The translations under genes and the position numbers were made by a program. Shown here in pieces: positions 39,295 to 52,125 of a stretch of DNA of 64,000 bases. Origin of the DNA: Chrysomallon squamiferum (Eukaryota; Animalia; Mollusca); contig CM022665.1 of assembly GCA_012295275.1 (NCBI GenBank), forward strand, positions 48,050,001 through 48,114,000. The letters run 5' to 3'. Every line of letters begins with the position of its first letter. Within the stretch, counting starts at the first letter, position 1. The notes beneath the pieces are model-generated. The model was not told the origin of the DNA. It worked only from the letters and a program-made list of their open reading frames with translations, and ran no database searches.

Positions 39295-40602
39295 TTGTAA
39301 GTATGAAATATGTATTTAAAATTTACGTTAACTTTTAAAACATGTACACTTTAAAAAGTAACGAATAAAACAGTTATTTTATAAGTATGTTAAGCCTAAT
39401 AAGAATTTTTGTTTAGGATTTAAAATAAAACGGATATTTTGTAAGTATGACAAACGTATTTAGAATTTACTTTATTATTTAAAACACAAACATTTCAACA
39501 CGAAAAAATAATATAACAATTATTGTGTTTAAATGTGAATATTATATATATATTTAAATAAATCATTTGTTTTGTAAGTATGACCATTGTATTTAGAATT
39601 TATGTTAGTATTTAAAAATATTATATTTTTATAAGAAACAAATATAACAGTTATTTTGTAAGTTAAATGTGTTAAGAATCTGTATACGCGTTGTAGCATA
39701 TAACATTATTTTGTAAGTATACTGAATGTGTTTAGAATTTGTGTTAGTATTTCCGTTATGCATTTTTATACGAAACAAATAAAACAAATATTTTGTAAGT
39801 TTGCTAAATGTGTTTAGAATTTGTATTAGCATTTATAATGCATATATTTTAACAAGAAATAGATAAAACAGTTATTTTGTAGGTATGAAATATGTGTTTA
39901 GGTTTTATGTAAGCATGTATAACAGAAACATTTTAAAAAGAAATAAGTAATTTTTTGAAGTATGATGTATGTACTTAGAATTTATCTTAGTACATATAAC
40001 ACAAATATTTGAAATGAAATAAACAAAAGAATTATTTTATAAGTACGAAATATGCATTTACAATTTATGTTAGCATTTGAAACACGTATTTTTATAACAG
40101 AAATACAACAGTTATTTTGTAAGTGTGTTAATGCTGTTATATTAGCGTTGCAACAGAAATATTCTAACAAGAAATATTAATTTGTTTACGCTTAGCACAT
40201 CTCAAATATCTTCTTTCTTTTTTTTTAAATAAGATTTAAAGCGAACTAACGAAACAAATAATTTTAAATTTCAAATAATAACTTTACTAGACGAATGTAA
40301 TTTAAAAGTTAAACTGCTCTGAGATGAATTAGTATTTCTGAATGTTTAAAGTGAGATGATAATCAATTCTCAGAACGTAAGTAGCCGCATCTTCATTTGT
40401 TTCCTGTGACCTTTTGTCAAAGTTGTATCCGCAGCAGCATCACCGCGTATTGATCACGTCGTGATCGATGTCGCACGAGCATTCCGTCCCCGTCCACTCC
40501 CACCTGACTCGTTCTCAACTGTCTTGTCCTCGTCACCAGCGCGTGCACACACACAGACTGACTTCACGTGCACACACACAGACTGACTTCACGTGCTTCA
40601 AC

Positions 40603-40630
40603 ATGGCTGGCGTCAGAGCACCTCCGAAAA
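40603..40630 (+). CDS. dsf: NR2E first coding exon (MAGVRAPPK)
   Basis: caacATGG start context in a CpG-rich patch; the A|gtaaga phase-1 donor fits the next exon. An in-frame upstream ATG also exists at 40468. Confidence 0.65.
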
Positions 40631-41149
40631 GTAAGATCATTTTTAAATTATTTAAATACATTATATGTGAAATACTTTCTTTTAACTCAATTATAGTTTA
40701 TTTAATTAATATGTATTTCATTTTGTTTATTTATTATTTTTTGTTTTTTATTTTTTTTAATAAAATTTATGATTGGTTTATTATATGAATAATTTATATT
40801 TAATTTGTCGACTTTATATTTTATTTGTTTGTTTGTTTGTTAATTAATTAATTAATTAATTTATTTATTTGTTTGTTTATTTGTTTATTTATTTATTTAT
40901 GTATTTACTTACTTATTTTATTTTAGTTTTCTTGCATACTTTTTCTGCAAATTTCATCATACAGATTAAAATAAAATACTGTATTTTGTACACAAATTGT
41001 AAAGTGAAATGAAAAGAAATAAATTTATATTATTAATTTCTTTAACTTAACAAACTGAGCTCTTTGATTTCAGTTTTTGTTTATTTCGTTAATTGTTTAT
41101 TATTTGTTGTTGTTTTGTTATGCTTTTGTCGTCGGTGTTGTTGCTGATG

Positions 41150-41186
<37 letters not shown>

Positions 41187-42451
41187 TGTTTTGCTTTTTT
41201 TTAATGTTATTTTTTGTATAAATTTTAACAATAAAAATGTTTTATATATTTTATAAATATACAAGAATAATTGTAACTAACCACTCTCACAAAACCTGAC
41301 TCTATTTCTTTTATTTTAATACCATAAACATAAAATTAATTTTAATTTGAAATAATTAGAATATTTATAAGCAGTTATTTTTTACATTCTTTCTTTTCTT
41401 ATTTTAATTTCTAATAAGGATAACTAACAGACATATAACTATATTTCTCTTTCTCACAAATTTCATTTTAAGTGAGAACATTAAGTAATATATATATTTA
41501 ATAATAAAAAACAAATGTTTATGCAGTTACTGCGAAGTTAAGAATGGAAAGACAAATTAGGAAGAAATCTTAATTTAAAGTGGTTTGAACGTTACAAGTA
41601 TAGCCTATCTTGTACGTGATTAGAATAATTTTCAAAATAACCAGACGGCGAGAAAAATTTTGTGTTAAAAAAAAAACGACGCCGACAACAACAACAGTTA
41701 CAACGATAATAAATTTGTATATTTAAAAGTCCACATCTGTTTGCTCTGTCTTCCGCTTAAACAATTATTTGAATAATTACATCAGACTTGAAAAGAAGTG
41801 AATAAGTAATGCACGTATCATTGTTTTCAAATTACAGCAGTTTTAACATGTTGTCAGTGTTCTTAAAACTCGTAACTTACTAGTGAAAAGTTTAAAAATT
41901 ATTTTGATTTAGCGTTAACATTAAACATGTATTTTAATCAGAATAAACTAATTTTTATACGTTAAGTTAAATTTTAAAACTATTGTTAAAGATTCCTGTT
42001 ATCTTTTTTAAACTGATCATCTTTTTCTTATCGAGAATTATAATTTCAGTTATGTATGTAAAACAAAGAAAAAACTTGTTGTAAAAGTCATTCACCGACC
42101 ATTATAAATCACGTTTTTCTCTGACATAAAATTACATTTTTTCATTACTGGACAGTCTGATAATTTGCAAAGGTTTTATCCTCAGTTTTAATAAAGAATT
42201 CAAAACAAATGATATGCAGTACAAAATAAATTAAAATCTTTATTACAGTGAGATATCTCCCCTTTGTCTTATCGGTGGCTTTTTCTTTTCTTTCTTTTTT
42301 CGTTTTCTTTTTTTTTTTTACACACGAACAAATAAAAACAATATTTTCTTTATTTCTTTTTTTACTTTTCTCCCAGTTCACAAATCAAATTGCGCATTTT
42401 CTATCTATCTGTCCCTCTTTATTCATTCATTTATTTATTTATTCATTTCAT

Positions 42452-42506
<55 letters not shown>

Positions 42507-42977
42507 TTGGTTTAGTTATTAATTACGAACATTAGAAACAGTCTGCGATTTGAACTGCAAACATTGATTTTAAAATTTTACTGTTACTGGAACGTCAAAA
42601 AATTATTCAGCATTTCGAAAATTTCGGAAATAAAAATAAACTTTCTATCTTGATATTATCAGTATATTACTGAATTGTTTTTCTTTCTTTTTTTTTTTTT
42701 TTTTTTTTCTTTTTTGTGTGAGTGTGTGTGTCAACAGTTATAATTAAAAGAAACAAACTTTTGTTCTAAGCTAAAAGGGTAAATTTACTGAAGATCGCAA
42801 ATTTTTTCTGTATTAAATTTTGAAAGAAAACTTTTCACAACTTGTTAGACCTAATTTTAATCTTTATTCTCTTCATCCTGTGATTACTTAACGAATATCT
42901 TATTTCTGTTTATCAAAATGCGAAGTTTTTTTATTTCTAATAAGAAAGCGGTACAATATTGCCAATAGTTCACCAGT

Positions 42978-43012
<35 letters not shown>

Positions 43013-43891
43013 ATTATTATTAATGAATAAATTCATTTATTTATTAATTCATTTACTTACGTTGCACGTTAACTTCTGCGTGTTTAAGAACGAGCGATTC
43101 GACTTAAAAAATGTTTCAAGTACGAGAAAACAATGAGAGATGTTAAATAAAGTTAGGTTTTTGTTGTAGGCAGTTTTTACTTGATAACAAATACATTTGT
43201 GTTAAGTTCACGCATTGTCTGCATTGTCCGCGCCGTCACAGTGTAAGAGTTTTGAGTAGAAAACACTTGTGACGTCACAATGGCGTGACAAGCGGTAATC
43301 AATATTACCCATGAGGCGTGGCGATCAGCTACTGAATTTAAAGACAACTTTTTAGCGATGTTTTAAAGTGAAGTGGCTCCACAAATGGACGATTGACGGC
43401 CACAACGTGCACGACGAGACGTTGTCGCTGAACTAAAGAAAGCACTGACTGAATGTTCTGTTGATAGAAAAGTATTAAAACAAACTTGAAATGTTTCCTA
43501 GTCACTCATTCTTCATCAAAACTGCACGTTAATAACCGGAAACAGCACCACTGCCTTTCATTCTCTAAAAAAAAAAAAAAAAAAAAAAAATGTATTCATC
43601 CACATTTTATTCATAACCTTTTCATGTCCCATCTATATTTTCACAAGCATTTGTATGTTATCAGACATCACAACCAATCAGAAAGCAGTCTGAAATCACG
43701 TGACTTGTTTTAACTAGTAATTTCTGTTACGAAACAGACTCTAAGCGGAAAATGAACTAAAAGATCAATTCAGACATGTTTGATCTTGTTTACAAATAAA
43801 CGTTTGATTCGTTTTAATTCTTAAAACAAAATAGTGTGATTTTATTTAATTTTTATATCTTTCTTTCTTTCTTTCTTTTTTATTATTGTTA

Positions 43892-43969
<78 letters not shown>

Positions 43970-46546
43970 TTTCAAATAAATGGTAGACAAAATAACAGAA
44001 AGAAAATTTTATATATGTCATTATTCATTCACAACAATCTGTAGAGACATATGTACACAAATGTATTTAAATGATCAAAAGAAATAAAAATATGAAATCT
44101 AATAATAATCATTAATATCAGAACATAGATTTTTTATGTAATTAAATATTATAATCATTTATCATTTTACTTTTAAAATAAAATTTTAAAGACTCTGACT
44201 AGTTCGCTGTATTTAATAAAGCAAATAAAACACACATATTCTCAATCAGATTTCATTAATGTGTTCTTGTAAAATATTTTACCTCCCAAAAATAAGAAAT
44301 AAATAAATAAATTATCATCGATTAAACGTTTACATACATGTTTATCATAATTTATTGTTTCTATGATTTATTCTTTAAAAGTATATTTATTATTAATCTT
44401 TTGTTGTGAAAAAAGTAAGTGCCGTAGTTTTACTGTCTACTTTCATCATAATCATATTTTAAAATGAAAAAATAAATAAATAAATAAATAAATTCTTTTC
44501 TCATTTATTTCAACCTCAGTAGAAAAAAAAAAAAAAGAACAAGTACACCAGAAGTAAAACAGACATTAACAATAAAATTTTATTTATTTATTTATTTATT
44601 TATTTTGTTTCTTTTCCTACATTTTTATGTTCTTTTTTATGTTTTTCAGTATTTATTCATCACATTTTCTTCTTTTACATTTTTCAATACATTTTTCAAT
44701 ACATTTTTATATTATGCAGACAAATTACTGTTCCTTTTAAACACAAAATATTTCTTGATCTTTTATTAAGTAAAAAATAATATAAAAATATGAAGAATAA
44801 TTTATAACAGCATCAATCAAAATTGTGTTTTGTATTCTTCGAAATTATTATTTAGCAAATATACACAGACACATACACTGACATAATCACACATCACATT
44901 TTAACAAATTAAATTTCCATTCGTCATTTTTTATTATTATCTTTTTTTATTAGTAGTATTTTTTTTGGGGGCATTATTTTATATTTTAAATTACATTTTT
45001 AGAATCTTTACTTGATAACCTATCACATAATTTCTACTTTACTCAAAACCATCATTTGATAATGCTCTGCATTTTATAAAATAGTTTGTGTATAAATAAC
45101 ACAGTGAAAGTAGTGACAGTATAAAACACTGAAAATAGTGACAGTATAAAACACAGTGAAAGTAGTGACAATATAAAACACAGTGAAAGTAGTGACAGTA
45201 TAAAATACAGTGAAAATAGTGACAGTCTAAAACACTGAAAATAGTGACAGTATAAAACACAGTGAAAGTAGTGACAGTATAAAACACAGTGAAAGTAGTG
45301 ACAGTGTAAAACACAGTGAAAACACAGTGAAAGTAGTGACAGTATAAAACACAGTGAAAGTAGTGACAGTATTAAAAGCACAGTGAAAGTAGTGACAGTA
45401 TAAAAGCACAGTGAAAGTAGTGACAGTATTAAAACACAGTGAAAGTAGTGACTGTATAAAACACATGTTTGTCGAGAACGCCAGAGTTAATTGGACGAGT
45501 CAGGTAAGATGTAAGTATTGGTTATCTGTTTCTTTCACCTGAACAGGTGCGCGATTCTCACCAGGTACACAGGTAAGTCAATAACGTGTTTACACACAAA
45601 CATCTCCCAGTGCTAATTAAACACACGTAATTGATGTCATTATTCCACCCTATGTCTTCTTGATTCCTCAACCGTTAAGTGCAAAAATACAAAAATAAAA
45701 TATCGATTTATTTATTCACTTTTATTACAGACTGAAGAAAAGACAAGCAGCAGAATTTTTTTTTTTTTTTTTTAAATTAAAATATTTTATTTGTAGTGGT
45801 CACCTTCTTCTTTATCAAAATTCTGTTTTTAATTTTAAAAAATATTTTTTTTTAACATCACATGAAATATTTCTAATTTTTTTTTTTGAAACAGGAAAAG
45901 CAAAGATTTTTATAATCAAATAATATTAAATAAATATATAATATACTGTTAATATACGATGAGTTTCAATATTTTTACTTACAAAAAAAAAAAATCTAAT
46001 GTTTCAATATCTTTTCTCTTATTTTTTAAAGACTATTCAGTATTTCGACATCTTATTATTAATATTACAGAAAAATATAAAAATAATAATAATAACAACA
46101 ACAATAATAACAGTAGTAGCAAAATAATACTATTAATAATAATAGTAATTAAAAAAAAAGAATAAAAAAGTTTCGAAATATTTTAATTTCGTTGAAAAAT
46201 AATTTATACTTGTAAGCAAACCTTGGCTTTTTAATGATTTTAAAAACTGAGACTTTTTCGTTTAAAAAACCAAATATTAAACTAATTATAAAACATTTTT
46301 TCTATCTGGATTTGTCACCTTTGAAGTGCGCGATTAGAAACGAAAGTTTCTGAGAAAGTGAAACACGACTTTCACTGCAGTTTGTAGTTTTAACATCTCA
46401 AGTTTTAGTTCATGTCAAACTTAGTAATCAACGTTCTTCTCAAAAACTGAACTGTATTTACAACTGTAAGTTATACATCAGAATATTTTAATTATCTCTT
46501 CATCGTCATCACCATCATCATTCTTCTTCTTTCTCTTCTTCTTCTT

Positions 46547-46577
<31 letters not shown>

Positions 46578-49210
46578 TTATTATTATTATTATTATTAAA
46601 ATTTTACATTATTCTTTCTTAATTTTAATTTTGTTTCTAATAAAAGATTTTAAAAAGTAACAAAAATGTAAAATATAAAAAACATTGTTTGTATTATTAT
46701 TATAATTAATATTTATTTATTTGTTTATTTATTTATTGCTTTTGTATTATTTTTAAAAGATGGTGGTTATAGTGTCATTGTCGTGGTAGTAGTTGTCGTA
46801 CTCTTGTCTTTTTTTCAATATTTGACTGAAATATAAGCAACATATCATTCTTATTAATTAATTCATTACAATCACATTTTAATTATATTTAATATAAATG
46901 AAGTTTAAAAAAGAACAGGAACTGGCGCAAAATTTTTTTTAAAAAAAATAAAAAATGAAGTATTAAAATTACTTTAAAGTGTCTTGCAATTTATAATTTA
47001 TCGGGTTCCTTTTCCTTTTTAATTCCAATCCAAATATATTTATTTTTAATCGATGTCCACTTTTCCGCTTTTTCCCTTTCTTGGCTGTCGGTGTAATTAC
47101 AGCTGTAGGGAAGTTTCAGCTCCGCTCAATAGCGTCATCTTTTCACCGTGTGTGTGTTTTGTCACGGAAACTCACGAGGACGTCCGAGTGAATGGTTACA
47201 AAAAATCGAGTGTTTTACGGACGGCGAGTTTACACAAAGCTTTCTCAATTGGCCGCGCGCTCCGCTAAGTCGAGCGTTTGCCTAACACACAGGAGACGGG
47301 CGTAATTAAAAGCTAAACACGGATTATCGGGACGTCTGCGCAACCTGGTAGGCTTGTCGCTTCTTGTCCCATTCTCTGCGCATCGACCGCCGCCAGCGCT
47401 GAACGTCTAAAAACGAGGCGCTTTTAGCCTCGTCTCAACCGCCAATGTAAGTCAATGGACAAGCCTTTTTAGCAGAAATACAAAATTATCAATTTTTCAT
47501 TCTCCCATCCGCACAAGATGCTGCACAGCCGGCGTGGAGGTGAAATTTTCTCAACACTTCAAAGAGCGAGAGATGAGGAATTAAAAGCGTCTTTGGAGGA
47601 AGATTCACATCATTACTTCTCTGACATGGGCAGTCGATAGTCCGCGGCAAAACGTCAACACAACGACAGCAATCCGCTAAAAGTCGTCACCCCCCCCTCC
47701 CGCCGTACAACGCCTAGAGCTACACGAACGATCACTTGATAATGTAGCCACAATGAAAAAAACTATTTAATCAATTGAAAACAAAACACGTTTCTCTGGA
47801 ACGTTTTTGTACTGCAGTATTGTTTCAGCAATACAACACACATATACAAACGTAAATATTGTTGTAACATTATCGAACGGTTCAAAGTTTATCTGTAAAA
47901 TACATCAGTATTCGTTGTATTAACTGTAACTCGAATAAAGAAATTTTTGTACTAGTTGTAACTTGAGTAAAGAAGCTTTTTTGTAATATCTACTGTAACT
48001 ACTGTTAATTTCAATATCTACTGTCAACTTTATTTAATTTCAGTACCTTCTGTCAACTTCTGTTAAGTTCAGTATCTACTGTCAACGTCTGTTAATTTAA
48101 GTACCTCTGTAAACTTCTGTTAATTTCAGTATCTACAGTCATCTTTTGTTAATTTCAGTATCTACTGTCTTCTGTTCATTTTAGTAACAACTGTCAATTT
48201 CTGTTAATTTCAGTAGCTCTGTCAATTTCTGTTAATATAAGTACCTACTGTCAACTTCTGTTCAGTTCAGTACCTCTCTAAACTTATGTTAATTTCAGGA
48301 CCCGCTGTCAACTTTATTTAATTTCAGTATTTACCGTCAACTTCTGTTATATTCAGTACGTGTAAACTTCTTTTAACGTCAGTAATACTGTAAACTTCTT
48401 TTAACGTCAGTAACACTGTAAACTTCTTTTAACGTCAGTAACACTGTAAAATTCTTTTAACGTCAGTAATACTGTAAAATTCTTTTAACGTCAGTAATAC
48501 TGTAAAATTCTTTTAACATCAGTTATACTGTAAAACGTCTGAGAACTGTAAAATTCTTTTAACATCAGTTATACTGTAAAAGCTGAGAACTGGGCAGTTT
48601 TTACTTAGTGTGTGATTACAGGTGTGTTGTGTGTAATTACAGGTGTGTTGTGTGTGATTACAGGTGTGTTGTGTGTGGATACAGGTGTGTAGTTTGTAAT
48701 TACAGGTGTGTTGTGTGTAATTACAGGTGTGTTGTGTGTGATTACAGGTGTGTTGTGTGTAATTACAGGTGTGTTGTGTGTGATTACAGGTGTATTGTGT
48801 GTGATTACAGGTGACAGACTACTGGACATACCCTGCAAAGTGTGTGGAGATCGCAGTTCAGGCAAACATTACGGAATCTACAGTTGTGACGGTAAGTGAC
48901 AGCGAGCTGCTTTTTCCTGACCAACATTTACACTCGACAGTTCATAAATACATACCACGATATTGTTAAAACTGACGTTGTTATTAACATAATAACAGTA
49001 AAAACAATTTATCATCATTGATAAGGTTCACAGTAGAAGTGGTAGAGTGAATGTTTCTAAACACAGATATTCTTGTTTCACTCGTAGAAATTTGATCTGT
49101 TACTTGTTCACATAGATATATAAAAAAAATAAAAAAAAAAAAATGTTTAAAAAAATAAAATAAACATGTTTAATGCAGTTCCTTAAAACGTTTTTCTTCT
49201 GTTATTATTA

Positions 49211-49241
<31 letters not shown>

Positions 49242-49258
49242 TTTATTTATTATTATTA

Positions 49259-49294
<36 letters not shown>

Positions 49295-49321
49295 TATTAT
49301 TATTATTTATTTATTTATTTA

Positions 49322-49390
<69 letters not shown>

Positions 49391-49400
49391 TATTATTATG

Positions 49401-49448
<48 letters not shown>

Positions 49449-49806
49449 TTAGGATGTTCGGGGTTTTTCAAGCGCAGTATTCACAAGAACAGGATTTACA
49501 CGTGCAAGGCGCAGGGAGACATGAAAAGCATGTGTCCTATAGACAAGACTCACAGAAACCAGTGCAGGTCGTGCAGACTCATGAAGTGTTTCCAGGCGGA
49601 GATGAACAAAGATGGTAAACTGAAATCTTCAGTCAAAATTTAGACTTTGTTTCTCAGCGACAAACTACGATTTGTTAACTTTAAAACAGTTTTTTAAAAC
49701 AGCGCTGTAGATTCAAATTTTTCATTAAACCAACACAAGTCCTTATTTTAATTCAGCATCTATTTTTATTTTTATATTATTATTATTATTATTATTATTA
49801 TTGTTG

Positions 49807-49838
<32 letters not shown>

Positions 49839-50396
49839 GATATGTTTATTATTAATACATATTATTATATTATTATTATTAATTTAATTTAATTTTATTT
49901 TATTTTATTTTATTTTATTTTATTAATTAATTGTTAAATGGCGGAACGCTTTTATGAATATTCATTTTACAGCCGTGCAGCACGAGCGAGGACCTCGGAA
50001 ACCTAAAGTGAAATGTCAGTCAAGAGAATCTCCGCCTTCAGTAAGCCAAGACACGCCCATTGACCTCAGCATTGCCAGAGGTCAGCAACACAGTCGACTG
50101 ACCTTCGCATCCGACTACTTCCAAAAGTTCCAGTTACGAAACGACCAGCAGATGGTGTATATGAGTTACCATGGCGACGGTCTGGTTGAAAGGATGGGTC
50201 TGCATGCGCCGTCTGCCTTCACGTCGCCAGCAGTGTTGCCGCCGGTGTTGACGTCGCAGCAAGATATCTGGCATGAGATGATGGCTCGTCTCTTGTTTAC
50301 GATCATCAGCTGGGTGAAACAAATACCAGCTTTTCTGATGTTGTCACAGTCCGACCAGGTAACAAACAGTCTTAGTCAGATTAACTCACACACCCA

Positions 50397-50456
<60 letters not shown>

Positions 50457-51820
50457 TAATGTCTGCATCCTTATTCCCGTCCTTATTATATTGCCTGATC
50501 ACTATCTCTATTTAAGTATCACGTTCTGATAGAGTTTAGCTATATCTAAAACATTTATTCCCTGGCTGCATAAGGAAAATATCATCAAACTGTTTAGATT
50601 AAAGTAATGGTAGGATTAGGCTGTGTTCAGCTGGTAGACTCTAAATTGACATCCTCTCCTCAAACGCTGTTGGTTTTGTTTCTTTCTCCAGACTGCTCTG
50701 CTATCGGCGTCATGGAAAGAGTTGTTTCTCCTGGGCGTGGTTCAGTGGGGTATTCCTGTGGACAACGGAGGGGTGTCGGCTGACAGCAACAAGACGAGCG
50801 TTTTTGGATTGGACTCCGCCGTCGTCATGGAGATGGAGAGACTTGGTGACACGATTAGTAGGATCAGAGAGATGGCCATTGACCCCACTGAACTGACGTG
50901 TCTGAAAGCCATCGTCTTATTTAAGTCAGGTTGGTAATGTTTACGTTCCTCAAAGCCATCGTCCTATTTAAGTCAGGTTTGTAATGTTTACTTGCCTCAA
51001 AGCCATCGTTCTATTTAAGTCAGGTTTGTAATGTTTACGTTCCTCAAAGCCATCGTTCTATTTGAGTCAGGTTTGTAATGTTTACATGTCTTACATCGTC
51101 TTACTCGTTCCTCAAAGCCATCGTCCTTGTTAATGTTTACTTAAGTCAGGTTTGTAATATTTACATGTCTCAAAGCCATCGTCTTACTTAAGTCAGGTTT
51201 GTAATGTTTACGTTCCTCAAAGCCATCGTCCTATTTAAGTCAGGTTGGTAATGTTTACTTGCCTCAAAGCCATCGTTCTATTTAAGTCAGGTTTGTAATG
51301 TTTACATGTCTCAAAGCCATCGTCTTACTTAAGTCAGGTTTGTAATGTTTACGTTCCTCAAAGCCATCGTTCTATTTAAGTCAGGTTGGTAATGTTTACT
51401 TGCCTCAAAGCCATCGTTCTATTTAAGTCAGGTTGGTAATGTTTACTTGCCTCAAAGCCATCGTTCTATTTAAGTCAGGTTTGTAATGTTTACATGTCTC
51501 AAAGCCATCGTCTTACTTAAGTCAGGTTTGTAATGTTTACGTTCCTCAAAGCCATCGTTCTATTTAAGTCAGGTTGGTAATGTTTACTTGCCTCAAAGCC
51601 ATCGTTCTATTTAAGTCAGGTTGGTAATGTTTACGCCTTTGTTCTAAAGTTTGTAATGTTTACATGTCTCAAAGCCATCGTTCTAAAGTCAGGTTTGCAT
51701 TTCATGTCTCAAAGCCATCGTCCTATTTAAGTCACGTTTGTAAAGTTTGAGCCTCAAAGCACATTTCATTAAAGCATTAAATCTACTGGATTGATGAAGC
51801 TTTTAGAATATATACATTAG

Positions 51821-51875
<55 letters not shown>

Positions 51876-52125
51876 AGACTCGCCCAACTTGAAGAACACA
51901 AAATGTGTGGAGGCTTTACAAGACCAGGCTCAAGTGATGCTCTCCGAGCACGTGCAACTGAACTACCCACGTCAGCTGGTTCGCGTGGGTCGTCTGCTCA
52001 TGCTCATCAGCAAACTGAACGCGTTCAAAACGTCAACACTGGAGCGCGTGTTTTTCAGAGGCATTGTTGGCAATATCTCAGTCGAGAAACTTCTTGGTAA
52101 CATTCTACATGGTGACGTCATATAA
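40603..52125 (+). CDS. dsf: NR2E nuclear receptor, dissatisfaction-like; join(40603..40630,48811..48891,49453..49614,49973..50358,50692..50929,51878..52125), 380 aa
   Basis: C4 zinc fingers [39 protein letters not shown]2E P-box CDGCSG, long D-box [11 protein letters not shown] (dsf-type rather than TLX-type), T-box [12 protein letters not shown], and LBD motifs WVKQIPAF..L...[23 protein letters not shown]. Intron phases 1,1,1,0,1 are consistent. The first exon is the least certain. Confidence 0.9.
45098..45465. repeat. 27-bp tandem repeat
   Basis: cacagtgaaagtagtgacagtataaaa. Confidence 0.93.
47985..48580. repeat. Two adjacent ~27-29-bp degenerate arrays
   Basis: ctgtcaacttctgttaatttcagta, then actgtaaacttcttttaacgtcagtaa. 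Confidence 0.85.
48608..48813 (+). repeat. 21-bp array of the NR2E zinc-finger exon acceptor, 10 AG sites
   Basis: gtgtgttgtgtgtgattacag; AG every 21 nt from 48620 to 48810. Confidence 0.95.
48811..48891 (+). CDS. dsf: NR2E zinc finger 1 exon
   Basis: [26 protein letters not shown]; G|gtaagt donor. Confidence 0.93.
49453..49614 (+). CDS. dsf: NR2E zinc finger 2 exon
   Basis: CSGFFKRS...[16 protein letters not shown]...MNKD. Confidence 0.93.
49973..50358 (+). CDS. dsf: NR2E hinge and LBD start exon
   Basis: VQHERGPRK...[16 protein letters not shown]; CAG|gtaaca donor. Confidence 0.92.
50692..50929 (+). CDS. dsf: NR2E LBD exon
   Basis: [14 protein letters not shown]...[10 protein letters not shown]; G|gttggt donor. 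Confidence 0.92.
50905..51760 (+). repeat. 47-bp array of 25 nt exon end plus 22 nt donor/intron, about 18 copies
   Basis: aaagccatcgtcttatttaagtcag|gttggtaatgtttacgttcctc. Confidence 0.95.
51878..52125 (+). CDS. dsf: NR2E last coding exon
   Basis: LQDQAQVML...RVGRLL...[18 protein letters not shown]...*. Confidence 0.92.

Noticed and set aside
40603-52125. Calling the receptor TLX/NR2E1 or PNR/NR2E3
   Set aside because: The DRLLDIPC start, KRSIH, long D-box and GPRKPK fit dissatisfaction better; a phylogeny is needed to confirm.
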